A stretch of DNA of 63,471 bases from Vicinamibacteria bacterium (GTDB lineage: Bacteria > Acidobacteriota > Vicinamibacteria > Fen-336), in NCBI GenBank assembly GCA_016934575.1, contig JAFGSN010000107.1, forward strand, positions 1 through 63,471, read 5' to 3'. Each line of letters opens with the position of its first letter. The stretch's first letter is position 1. Under the pieces are notes generated by a model, which saw only the letters and a list, made by a program, of their open reading frames with translations, was not told the origin of the DNA and did not search any database. A program made the translations under genes and the position numbers. Below are positions 9,580 through 18,690 of the stretch, one piece after another.

Positions 9580-11838
9580 ATGGAGGTCGCAGTGCTCGAT
9601 CACAGAAAACACGAGGAATCCAGGCTGCGGCGAGTTCATCGGCGTCGTCTTTGCATCGTGGCCTGGGCGTTCACGCTGATCAGCTCTATGCCGGAAGCGA
9701 GGGATTGTGCCGCTCAGCCGTCGTCGGCCTCGGATTCGGTCGTCCCCGAGTCCATACAGGCGGAGATGCAATCGGCTCAAGAGCTCCTGACGCACGCGAC
9801 CGTAGAATTCGAGGGGCCGAGTCAGAGCCGTTCCATAGTCCTTTTTGATCGTATTGTCGAAAAACTCGAGGGACTGAAACGACAAGAGCAGCTTCCTCTC
9901 CATGGGGAGGAGATTTTGGCCCAAGTCTACGATCTCCAGGGCCGCGCATACTTCAATATCGGTCTCCAAGAGAAAACGGCGCAGGTGTTTCGCCGGCTCA
10001 TCCAGATGAAACCGCAATACACGCTTCACAAGGATCAGGTCTCGCCCAAGATCGTCGCCTTCTTCAACTCCGTGAAAAAGGAGCTGGTGGGATATCTTGC
10101 GGTTTCGTCCAAACCGCCAGGAGCCAGAGTCGCTCTAGACGGAACTTTTCTGAGCATCACCGATTTTTTCCCAATAGAAGTCCTCGCCGGCGACTACTCG
10201 GTCGAGATTTCACGCGAGGGTTATCAAACCGAATCACGTAACGTGAGCATCGCTCCACGCATCACGGAGACCGTCGAGGTTGCTCTGACGCGTACCGCCG
10301 CCAGCGGTTTCTTCGTGACGCAACCGACCGGAGTCGAGATCTGGATTGACGGCGCTTTGCGGGTCGTCACGGGCGGATCATTGCATCCAGCGGCGCACGA
10401 GGAGTTCAAGGCGCTGGGTTTCGACCCGGCGCAGACTTCGGCGCGAACCGAGGCGCCCAATATCCTCCTTGGTCCGCATACGATCGAGTTTCGCAAGCGG
10501 TGTTTTGAGTCGATCCAGACAAGCTTCGACGTTGAGGAAGCCAAGGATTACGATATCGAGCCGGTCCGACTTCAGGAATCGCTGGCATCGCTTCGTCTGG
10601 TCTCGGATCCTCCGGGCGCGAAAATCATCCTTGACGGCGAGCCCAAGGGGGCGACGCCTGCGTATCTCGATGGGCTTTGCTCGGGATCTCACAATCTGGA
10701 GGTGAGGCATGCGGCCGGCAAGTTCGTTCAGGAGATCATTCTGGCGCGCAACGAGGAGCTGAGTCTTGACTGCCCGATACGACCCAGCCTGGCCTTTCTC
10801 GGGGTGCTAGCCGAGAGCTTCGCCGCCGAGAGATACCTGACCGAGGCCGATACGCGTGTCGGGATAAAACTCGCCGAGGTGCGCAGCCTGAACATCGTTC
10901 GTCCGCCAATCGAGCGCGTCAATCAGGCTCTCCGATCCGAGGGGCTGACGCTCGCCGATCTTTTGCCGAAAGCCGGCGGCGATCCTGAGCGGGTACGCAA
11001 GGCGACCGAGATGCTATCGGCCGCGCTCGACGTTCAGGGATTTCTTATCGCGGCGCTTTCGGAGCAGCAGATTTTGCGTAACGTTACCTTGAGCCTGCTT
11101 GCGGCGGGAAGCAGCCTGGCGGACACACGCGAAGCTTCCCTTGTCGACACGGACTCGAAGGCCGGTATCATTGAGGATCTCGATCATCTGGCCAGCCTCT
11201 CGCGCACATGGTCCGGGCTGATCACCATCGATGTAAAACACCAGCGAGGTCTTCCAGTGCTGCGAGTCGGGCAAGGCGGACCCGCCGAGCGGGCGGGCAT
11301 CCGCGCCGGTGAAATCCTCATCAGCGCCGACGGGAAAACGTTGGCAAGCACACACGAGCTTCTGGAGCTGGTCGCGGCGAAGAAACCCGACGCCGCGCTG
11401 CGTCTTATTGTGGAGCAGTCGGGGACGAGCCGCGTGGTCGAGCTGACGCTCGGGATGACTCCAGTCGAGGTGGCGCTGAACGATCAGGGTATTCTCTACA
11501 ACCGCCTCATGCTGGATCTGAGGCAGGAGCTTGACGGGCGGCCCGGCACGGAATCCGCCGCGTTCGCGCGTCTCAACCTGGGTCTGTGCGCGTTGCACTT
11601 CGGCGATCTCGCGGCGGCGCACGAACATTTCCTCGCGGCCGCCCGTGATCTTCCGCGGCGCCCAGGGTTGGGGCGCGGAACGGCTTTGTATCATCTCGGC
11701 GTCGTGTTGGAGCGACTTGGCTACTCGAAGGAGGCGCTGGAATCCTATCGCGCCGCCGCTGCCGTTGAAGGAGCGACCGTTATCGACAATGACGGCCCGC
11801 TTGTTAAAGACCTCGTGTCAGAAGCGCCAGGAGCGTGA
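9580..11838 (+). CDS. Exported multidomain PEGA + PDZ + TPR protein
   Basis: PEGA: VSSKPPGARVALDG, VTQPTGVEIWIDG, VSDPPGAKIILDG. PDZ: VLRVGQGGPAERAGIRAGEILISADG. Terminal TPRs. Start ATG 9580 or GTG 9592 (GGAGG RBS); the 9271 start overlaps the upstream gene. Confidence 0.82.
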   Translation: MEVAVLDHRKHEESRLRRVHRRRLCIVAWAFTLISSMPEARDCAAQPSSASDSVVPESIQAEMQSAQELLTHATVEFEGPSQSRSIVLFDRIVEKLEGLKRQEQLPLHGEEILAQVYDLQGRAYFNIGLQEKTAQVFRRLIQMKPQYTLHKDQVSPKIVAFFNSVKKELVGYLAVSSKPPGARVALDGTFLSITDFFPIEVLAGDYSVEISREGYQTESRNVSIAPRITETVEVALTRTAASGFFVTQPTGVEIWIDGALRVVTGGSLHPAAHEEFKALGFDPAQTSARTEAPNILLGPHTIEFRKRCFESIQTSFDVEEAKDYDIEPVRLQESLASLRLVSDPPGAKIILDGEPKGATPAYLDGLCSGSHNLEVRHAAGKFVQEIILARNEELSLDCPIRPSLAFLGVLAESFAAERYLTEADTRVGIKLAEVRSLNIVRPPIERVNQALRSEGLTLADLLPKAGGDPERVRKATEMLSAALDVQGFLIAALSEQQILRNVTLSLLAAGSSLADTREASLVDTDSKAGIIEDLDHLASLSRTWSGLITIDVKHQRGLPVLRVGQGGPAERAGIRAGEILISADGKTLASTHELLELVAAKKPDAALRLIVEQSGTSRVVELTLGMTPVEVALNDQGILYNRLMLDLRQELDGRPGTESAAFARLNLGLCALHFGDLAAAHEHFLAAARDLPRRPGLGRGTALYHLGVVLERLGYSKEALESYRAAAAVEGATVIDNDGPLVKDLVSEAPGA

Positions 11839-11841
11839 TCC

Positions 11842-12186
11842 ATGGCTGTGCTCGTTCATATGACCAAGGACGGCGGCCGGCGGCATTTCATCCTGGGCGA
11901 TCGTCCCGCGCGCATCGGCCGCGCCGATGACGCTGATATTCATCTGGAAGAGCCGCTCGTATCACGCACGCATGCGCGCATCGAAAAGAACGGCGACGTC
12001 TGGGTGCTTCAGGATCTCAACTCGCGGAACTCCACGCATGTCAACGGCGAGCGGATTCACGAGCATCGACTGATCCATGGAGACGAGATCCTGTTCGCCA
12101 GGGCTCGCTGCCTCTTCCTCGCCGTCGATGACAACGAGACGTCGGGGTCCTTGCGCGACGATGGGCTCATCGTCGAGGAACCATAA
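11842..12186 (+). CDS. FHA domain protein
   Basis: IGR...VSRTHARI...DLNSRNSTHVNG...LIHGDEI, the canonical FHA G-R, S-x-x-H and N motifs. Confidence 0.92.
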   Translation: MAVLVHMTKDGGRRHFILGDRPARIGRADDADIHLEEPLVSRTHARIEKNGDVWVLQDLNSRNSTHVNGERIHEHRLIHGDEILFARARCLFLAVDDNETSGSLRDDGLIVEEP

Positions 12187-12229
12187 GCTGAAGCTGGCAA
12201 TCGAAACCGTTTGCATCGGAGCTCGCACC

Positions 12230-12258
12230 TTGACATCCTTCCTCGACCTTGGTAGCCT
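12230..12258 (+). promoter_or_regulatory. Putative sigma70 promoter for the DUF4388 gene
   Basis: TTGACA (12230-12235), 17 nt, TAGCCT (12253-12258) with an extended -10 TG. Confidence 0.55.
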
Positions 12259-12362
12259 GGCCTCGCTAATTCGAAGTATTCGCGGGATTTAGCGGCATGG
12301 GCCGCCAGTGATCGCTCTCGCGAGTCTTCGGATTACGATATAGGCTCCGGAGCGCCGGAAAC

Positions 12363-13205
12363 ATGGCCTTTCAAGGGTCGCTGGCGGAATTACATCTGCC
12401 CGACATTATTCAACTCATCAGTGTCAGCGGAAAGACGGGCGTCTTTCACATGACTGACGGCGTTAACCGCGGGCAGATTTACCTGCACGACGGGCAGATC
12501 GTTCATGCTCAGCTTGAAGATCTGAAAGGCGAGGAGGCGGTTTACGCGCTGGCGATCTGGCGTCAAGGAGAGTTTCGTTTCGATCCGGGCGTGGACACGC
12601 CCGAGCGAACGATTTCGAAGAACAACACCAACCTGCTGATGGAAGCCGCCCGCCGCCTCGACGAATGGCGCGTGCTTTCGAAAAGGATTCCTTCCACCGA
12701 CACGATTCCCGAGTTCGTGGTTCCGGGAAGTCGGGAAGGACAGATCAATCTCAACACGAGCGAGTGGCTGATTCTCTCGAAAATCGACGGCCACCGGACG
12801 ATCAAGGCCATCGCCGCGGGCTGCGCCCTGTCCGATTTCGACGTATCCAAGATCCTCTACGGCTTGATCACCACGGGACTCATCCGCTTGAGGGAGCCTT
12901 CTTCGCGGCCGCCTGCTCAAACGCTCACGCCGGCGCCTCAGCCGGCTCCGGCATCCGCGCGCTCCACGGCGGTCGATTTGCTCGCCCGTCTCAATCGCGT
13001 GCGCGAGGTGTGCAACTCCGTGTTGGGCAGCGTGGGCGAGAGCGTCATTACCAAGCACTATCTCAAGGCGCGCTCGGATCTGGAGAATGGCGCCGGCGGC
13101 GAAGTTATTGACGAGGCGGTTCAGCAGATCGCGCGCGCCGCGTCGATACTAAAGGGGCCGCAGATGACCGAAGCCCTTTTGACGCAAATCGCCAAACTAC
13201 GCTGA
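12363..13205 (+). CDS. DUF4388 (PATAN-like) domain protein
   Basis: MAFQGSLAELHLPDIIQLISVSGKTGVF...GQIYLHDGQIVHA...W..GEFRF...LLMEAARRLDEW, followed by a winged-helix-like segment. Confidence 0.9.
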   Translation: MAFQGSLAELHLPDIIQLISVSGKTGVFHMTDGVNRGQIYLHDGQIVHAQLEDLKGEEAVYALAIWRQGEFRFDPGVDTPERTISKNNTNLLMEAARRLDEWRVLSKRIPSTDTIPEFVVPGSREGQINLNTSEWLILSKIDGHRTIKAIAAGCALSDFDVSKILYGLITTGLIRLREPSSRPPAQTLTPAPQPAPASARSTAVDLLARLNRVREVCNSVLGSVGESVITKHYLKARSDLENGAGGEVIDEAVQQIARAASILKGPQMTEALLTQIAKLR

Positions 13206-13226
13206 ATTCTCTTGCGCATCGTTTCT

Positions 13227-14420
13227 TCAGACAACCATGGATGCGACGGCCTCGTTGTAACGCGCGATCACGACGGGCCATGAGTAGTTTTGGGTGACAT
13301 AACGCCGTCCGCGCTCTCCAAGCGCGTGGCGCAGGCGTTTTTCACTGACGAGCAGGCGTAGCTCTTCTACGAACTCGTCAGCGTCCTTGTAGTACAGGCC
13401 GGAGTTGGATCTGCGGCAATGGTCCACGAGGACCGGCGAGCGAGCGCTCGCCAGCACGGGCGTTCCCAGGCAGAGGCTCTCGAGGAGCACGATTGACAGG
13501 CTTTCATATGGGCTAGGGCAGATGACGGCGCACGCTCCCGCCATGGCCGCGCGTTTCTCCGTCTCGTCGAGAAATCCGAGATACCGGACGCCGGGGATAC
13601 GCGGCAGCTTCATGGCGAGCTTGCCGATGAGAATGAGCTCGGCTCCGCCGTTGACGCCGCGCCTGTACTTGATGTAATGATCGAGCATTTCGCGGCAACC
13701 CTTGCCGGCGTCGATGCGTCCCGCATAGAGCGCATATGCGCCATGCAGGTCGTGTCGGATACGGAACGCTTCGATATCGAGAGGCGGAGGCTCTTCGACG
13801 CCGATACCCGCCACCCAGCAGGGTCGAGCGCCCAGGGAGAAACGCGCCCGCACAAGCTCCCGTTCGGCATGTGAGCAGAAGACGAAGGCGCGCGGGGCGG
13901 CGAAGACATGCGTGAAAACACGCAGACGAAGCGCCGGCTCGTCGTGCGCCGTCGGCACGAGGATGGCTCGTTCCGGAGCCGCACGTAGGCCCCAATATGT
14001 GGGGTAGTAAAGATAGGTAAAAAACAGCACGGCAGCGTATTCATCCCGTGTTTCCGCAAGATACTTGACGAGGTCCGGTACGATCGGTCCCTGCCGGCGA
14101 AGAAACTCCAACTCCGCCTCGTCGTCGTGAGGCCGGCCGTAGAGGGACTCGGCGAAGGCGTTGAAAGACGCGAGATCGCGTTCCTCACGGCTTGTGAATC
14201 GAAGGATCCTCACTCCGTTGATTCGCGATTCGCCGGCGGGCAACTCGTTGCGCCATGTGACGTAATCCCGCGCGCAGGACGTGAGGACGGTAACGCGACG
14301 GTTGTTCGTCAGTCGCTCGGCGACGGCTCGAGCCAGGCTCTCCGAACCGCCGGCAACGTCTTCACCATAACGTTGAACGACGATCGCGATCTCTCGTTGA
14401 TCCCCGGCCATTCGACCCAT
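13227..14420 (-). CDS. Glycosyltransferase family 4
   Basis: VVQRYG..AGGSE, YAGRIDAGKG, PSPYESLSIVLLES (EX7E). Start may be ATG 14411 by RBS spacing. Confidence 0.92.
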   Translation of the reverse strand: MGRMAGDQREIAIVVQRYGEDVAGGSESLARAVAERLTNNRRVTVLTSCARDYVTWRNELPAGESRINGVRILRFTSREERDLASFNAFAESLYGRPHDDEAELEFLRRQGPIVPDLVKYLAETRDEYAAVLFFTYLYYPTYWGLRAAPERAILVPTAHDEPALRLRVFTHVFAAPRAFVFCSHAERELVRARFSLGARPCWVAGIGVEEPPPLDIEAFRIRHDLHGAYALYAGRIDAGKGCREMLDHYIKYRRGVNGGAELILIGKLAMKLPRIPGVRYLGFLDETEKRAAMAGACAVICPSPYESLSIVLLESLCLGTPVLASARSPVLVDHCRRSNSGLYYKDADEFVEELRLLVSEKRLRHALGERGRRYVTQNYSWPVVIARYNEAVASMVV

Positions 14421-14487
14421 GCTCCTATTTACAGGATCTCGCTAATGCGGCAACGTACTAATAAGCGCTGCCGCATGAACAAGAATT

Positions 14488-14647
14488 TAACGCAAAGACT
14501 CCAAGACGCATAGTCGCAAAGATGGCAGGAGCTTGCTCAACGGACTTCATAGACCATTCACCGCGCGTATATGCTCTTGAATAACCGGACCGACCAAGGC
14601 TCGATGTGCGTCAGTGTCCATGTCCACGACGCCGCGCCTCTGCGTTA
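14488..14647. repeat. Degenerate ~160-bp element with imperfect inverted ends built from 8-bp tandem units (REP/MITE-like remnant)
   Basis: Left end TAA-CGCAAAGA-CTCCAAGA-CGCATAGT-CGCAAAGA; right end reads TAA-CGCAGAGG-CGCGGC on the minus strand. Confidence 0.4.
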
Positions 14648-14771
14648 GTTCTAAAGGTCATCCGCGAGTCTCGATCGTGAGCGTTCGGTTCGAACGCGTC
14701 GCTTGGGAGCGCCTTCCATGCGACCTCCGATGAGTGATCCTATGCGAAGCGCTTGAGGCGTCATCGTCTGA

Positions 14772-15833
14772 TCACAGGGATTCGATATGGCGGCGCAGAA
14801 GGGACGCTACGTTTTCCGGCGCAAACGCCCGGACGCGTCGTCGCTGTCCCGCGAGCACCGATTCGCGCAGGGCAGCGTTCGTCACCAGCAAATAGGCCGT
14901 CTCGGCCACTTCGGCGACTTCTTTACGAGTGAAGGCCAACCCCGCGCCGCCCAGTGTCTCTCCCACGGCGGCCGCTTTGTAGGCGAGAACCGGAACATCG
15001 AGCAGCATGGCCTCAAGAAACGGCACGCCAAAACCTTCATGGGCGCTCATCGAGAGAAACACGTCCGCGCCGGTGTAATACGCGAGAAGATCGTCATGCT
15101 CCACATGGCCGGTGAAAACGATTTCCCATGGCGTGAAGCCGAGTTCGTAAAAGAAGGACTGAAGGGCGTCGAAATAGCGTCTGAATCGAGGGAGCTTGCC
15201 GACAAGCAACAGGCGGACGTTCGGCGCGATGTATCTCTTCCAGTACGCGGCCACTCGAATGAGATCCGCGTGGCATTTATTGGGCGAAACGCGTCCGACA
15301 AACAGGATATTGACGAGGCCGTCGTCGAGCGTTCTGCGCAGGATGGGATTGGGCGGCTTTCGGTAGCGCGCGAAGTCGAGTTGGATCGGCAACACCGCGG
15401 TGCGTCCAAAGCCGGCCTGGACAAGGTCTCTCCGATTGAACTCACTGACCGCGAGGGCCAGATCGACGTCATCCTTGAGGCTCGCCAGATCTCGCCGGCC
15501 CTGGATGCAGATGCGCGCCATTTCCTCGTCGAATCCTAGAAAGGACTCGGGCGGAGTGATGTTGTGGTATAGCAAAACGCGGCGACCGCCATGCCGTTTG
15601 AGCGCCGGCGTCAAAGGCGATGGCAGCGCGTAATGCAGGATGACGATGTCGTCAGTTCCGCTATCCCGCCATTCGGCGAAGCGGCGTCCATCGCCTTCGA
15701 GGCATTGATCGATCTCGAGCGCGTAGACGTCGGCATCGAGGCCCCAGCGCCGGATCGTGTCGCGCATCAGGAGCGCCGAGTCGCCGACAGCGTCACCCTT
15801 ATGGAGCGCCGGAATCCATTGATCGATTCTCAT
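14772..15833 (-). CDS. Glycosyltransferase family 4
   Basis: GDAVG, YHNITP, LFVGRVSPNK, SAHEGFGVPFLEAM. Confidence 0.92.
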   Translation of the reverse strand: MRIDQWIPALHKGDAVGDSALLMRDTIRRWGLDADVYALEIDQCLEGDGRRFAEWRDSGTDDIVILHYALPSPLTPALKRHGGRRVLLYHNITPPESFLGFDEEMARICIQGRRDLASLKDDVDLALAVSEFNRRDLVQAGFGRTAVLPIQLDFARYRKPPNPILRRTLDDGLVNILFVGRVSPNKCHADLIRVAAYWKRYIAPNVRLLLVGKLPRFRRYFDALQSFFYELGFTPWEIVFTGHVEHDDLLAYYTGADVFLSMSAHEGFGVPFLEAMLLDVPVLAYKAAAVGETLGGAGLAFTRKEVAEVAETAYLLVTNAALRESVLAGQRRRVRAFAPENVASLLRRHIESL

Positions 15834-16900
15834 GATTCAATGACCGTCCGGAGCGCATCGAGCACGAGCGCGCCGAAGTCAGTCTCCGTGATGCGACTTA
15901 CGGCGTTTCTTTGCGTGGCTAGGACGGCGGAACGTAGAGCCGCGTCATCGATGAGACGATGGAGAAGCTCGGCGACGGTCTCCGGTCGTTTCTCCCGGAG
16001 CAGCACGCCGCCGCCGCGGAGCGTTTCGGCCACCGCGCCGGCGTCGTAGGCGATCACGGGCACGTCAAGGAGCATCGCTTCCACGAGAGGCACGCAGTAG
16101 CCTTCGTGCTCCGAAAGGCAGAGGAACGCGTCGGCGACGGAATAATAGGCGAGCAGGTCGGATTGGTCCACGTGTCCGGTGAAGACGATCTCGTCGAGGC
16201 GGAGCGCTTGCGCCATCTCTCGAAGACGGTCGAAATAACGCTCATGGCCGCGATGATCGCCGACAAGCAGCAGGCGGCTGCGCGGCTCGATGTATCTCTG
16301 GTATACGGCGAAGACGCGAATGAGGTCGTCGATTCTCTTGTTGGGGATGATGCGACCGACGAACAGGACGTTTCGGCGACCATCGCGATAGAAACGCCGG
16401 ATGAGCGGCGCGGGCGGTTGACGATATCGCTGGACGTCAAGCACGATCGGCAACACTCCGGTGCGCCGGAAACCGGCGGCGTCAAGCTCGCGACGGTTGA
16501 ATTCGCTGTCGCCCAGCGCCAGCTCGGCTCGTCCGGCGAAGGCATCAAGCTCGCGTCTGCCGTTGTGGCACAGGCCGGCCAGGTGCGGGTGGAAGCCGAG
16601 GAACCAGTGCGCTGGCGTGATGTTGTGGTAGATGATGACGAGACGATCCGGGGCGTGAAAGATCATGGGTCCGGCGGCGCTTCCGATCGAGAAATGAAAC
16701 AGACACACGGTGCCGGCCGAAGAACGGCCGGGATATTCCCAGAGCGGTCGTGCTTCGCCCGACATGCGGGGATGCACGCCCTCGGCGAAGATGTCCGATG
16801 CCAAGCCGGCCTCGCGCAGATGCCCGCGAATCGTGAGCGCCTCGTCCGAAATGGCGTCACCATACGAGAGCGCCGCGAGCAACTGATGGACGGCCGTCAT
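15830..16900 (-). CDS. Glycosyltransferase family 4
   Basis: GDAIS, YHNITP, LFVGRIIPNK, SEHEGYCVPLVEAM; 4-nt overlaps with both neighbours. Confidence 0.92.
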   Translation of the reverse strand: MTAVHQLLAALSYGDAISDEALTIRGHLREAGLASDIFAEGVHPRMSGEARPLWEYPGRSSAGTVCLFHFSIGSAAGPMIFHAPDRLVIIYHNITPAHWFLGFHPHLAGLCHNGRRELDAFAGRAELALGDSEFNRRELDAAGFRRTGVLPIVLDVQRYRQPPAPLIRRFYRDGRRNVLFVGRIIPNKRIDDLIRVFAVYQRYIEPRSRLLLVGDHRGHERYFDRLREMAQALRLDEIVFTGHVDQSDLLAYYSVADAFLCLSEHEGYCVPLVEAMLLDVPVIAYDAGAVAETLRGGGVLLREKRPETVAELLHRLIDDAALRSAVLATQRNAVSRITETDFGALVLDALRTVIES

Positions 16901-18120
16901 GCCCTGGCGGACTCCGGCGGTCTCGTCGCCGGCGGATTCTGCGCCGCCGATTGTCGCGCGATGATCGAGAAAAGCCGCAGATACTTCTCCTCAATGACCT
17001 CCCAGGAGTAATGGCGGTCGTAGTACGCACGGCCGTTGCGGCCGAGCGCATGACGCAATTCCGGGTTCTGATCGAGCAACGTCAACGCCTCGGAGAACTC
17101 GTCATAATTCGAGTAGTATAGGCCGGCGTTCGAGCGCAGGCACTGGCCGCGCAGGACCGCGCATTTAGCGTTGGCCAGGACCGGCCGTTCCGCCCACCAG
17201 GCCTCAAGCGTCACGATTGATAGGCTCTCGAGCGCGGAAGGCATGATGAGGAGATCGGCGGCGGCGAGAGCGTCCCACTTGTCCTGATCGGCGAGAAATC
17301 CGAGAGGCAGGACCGCCTCGTTTTCAGGAATGCCGACGATTGCCTGGCCGATGAGCACCAACCGCAGTTGTGAACCGCGATCGCGCCTGAAGCGCAGAAA
17401 ATAATCGAGCATTTGCGGGCAACCCTTGTTGCGATCGATCCGTCCGACGTACAACGCGAAGTGGTCCTTGACGCCGAAGCGATCGCGAAAACGAGCGGGA
17501 TCATATTGCGCGGGCAGGGCCGAGCCGACACCGACAACGTCTCCAAGAACATGCTCGTTTTGCGCGCTCTTCACGATCATGTCCCGTTCCTCGGGGCTGT
17601 TGTAGACGATGGCGCGGGGGCGGCGGAACAGGGGCGGAAAGATCGAGAGACGATAGACGCCGTCATCCTCCGCGGTGGGCACGAGCATCGCCTTGTGCGG
17701 CGCCGCCAAGACGCCGTGGTAGGTCGTGTAGTAACGATACGAGAAGAAGACGATGTGGTCATAGCTTTCGGCGTGGCGCTGGAGAAAACGGATGAGCCGC
17801 GGCGAGAACGGGCCCTCCGCCTCCAGCCAACGCAACTCGTCTCCGGGAGCATGGCTTTCGTCGAAGACCCGCCGGCTCCAGGCGGCGAATTTCTCCGGAT
17901 CGCGCGTGCGTTTGACCTTGAAACGTCGCACCGTGACGCCGTTGATCGTCTCGATTCCTTCGGCGTATTCGTTGGCCCATCGGATGTAGTCTTTGGCGCA
18001 GGTCGTCAGCACCTCGACCCGAGCATGGCGAGCGAGATGCTCGGCGATGAGCCGGCAGTGATACTCCGCGCCGCCGGCGATCTCGAGCCCATAACGCTGG
18101 ACGACGAACGCAAGCCTCAA
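16897..18120 (-). CDS. Glycosyltransferase family 4
   Basis: VVQRYG..AGGAE, YVGRIDRNKG, PSALESLSIVTLEA; TTG start overlapping the upstream stop. Confidence 0.92.
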   Translation of the reverse strand: MRLAFVVQRYGLEIAGGAEYHCRLIAEHLARHARVEVLTTCAKDYIRWANEYAEGIETINGVTVRRFKVKRTRDPEKFAAWSRRVFDESHAPGDELRWLEAEGPFSPRLIRFLQRHAESYDHIVFFSYRYYTTYHGVLAAPHKAMLVPTAEDDGVYRLSIFPPLFRRPRAIVYNSPEERDMIVKSAQNEHVLGDVVGVGSALPAQYDPARFRDRFGVKDHFALYVGRIDRNKGCPQMLDYFLRFRRDRGSQLRLVLIGQAIVGIPENEAVLPLGFLADQDKWDALAAADLLIMPSALESLSIVTLEAWWAERPVLANAKCAVLRGQCLRSNAGLYYSNYDEFSEALTLLDQNPELRHALGRNGRAYYDRHYSWEVIEEKYLRLFSIIARQSAAQNPPATRPPESARA

Positions 18121-18674
18121 CCCCGAGGCTCCTCCCGCGGCCGCGGAGGAGCGTCCGCGGGTTCGTCGCGCAGAACCATTGTCTCGAGTGTTTTCTCACG
18201 GCGGATCTGGAATTCGAGCCGTCCTTGCAGCTCGAGCACGCGGTTCTTGAGGTTCTGGACCTCGAGGTTCAGCTTGGTGACCTCCTGAACGAGGTTGTGG
18301 AAGATCTGGATGTAAAACGCGTTGAGATCCGACTGCCGCGAGAGCGCGGCGATCATCGGGTTGGGGTTCCAGAAGAGCTTCTGTACGGGCCGCAGCAGGC
18401 CGCGCGTCGACTCGAGCAGTCGGCCGACGACTCCGCGGCTGCTCTCGTAGATCGTGCGCGGGTCAAAGCGGAAGTTCCAGCGCGAGGAGCGGAAGTCGTC
18501 GATCAGATCGCTGTTGAACTCGTGCGCGTCGAGAACGGCGTCGAGACGATGCTCGGCGATCTCGCGGATCTCCTCGTCGGTGTAAAGACCCTGCCTCTTC
18601 TCCTCGATGCGTTTTCGAATCAAGCGCATGATCTCTTCGACGTCGACGTCTGTGGATTGGATCTCGAAGCTCAT
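18117..18674 (-). CDS. Hypothetical coiled-coil protein in the glycosyltransferase operon
   Basis: ATG 18674 after an AAGGAAGGA RBS; DVDVEEIMRLIRKRIEEK; heptads LVQEVTKLNLEVQNLKNRVLELQGRLE. Confidence 0.8.
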   Translation of the reverse strand: MSFEIQSTDVDVEEIMRLIRKRIEEKRQGLYTDEEIREIAEHRLDAVLDAHEFNSDLIDDFRSSRWNFRFDPRTIYESSRGVVGRLLESTRGLLRPVQKLFWNPNPMIAALSRQSDLNAFYIQIFHNLVQEVTKLNLEVQNLKNRVLELQGRLEFQIRREKTLETMVLRDEPADAPPRPREEPRG

Positions 18675-18690
18675 GTGTCCTTCCTTGCCC

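Noticed and set aside
14523-14537. TGGCAGGAGCTTGC sigma54-like promoter
   Set aside because: GG-to-GC spacing is 9 rather than 10, and it points against the local genes.
14681-14697. GCGTTCG-GTT-CGAACGC hairpin as a terminator
   Set aside because: No U tract on either strand; short hairpins are common at this GC content.
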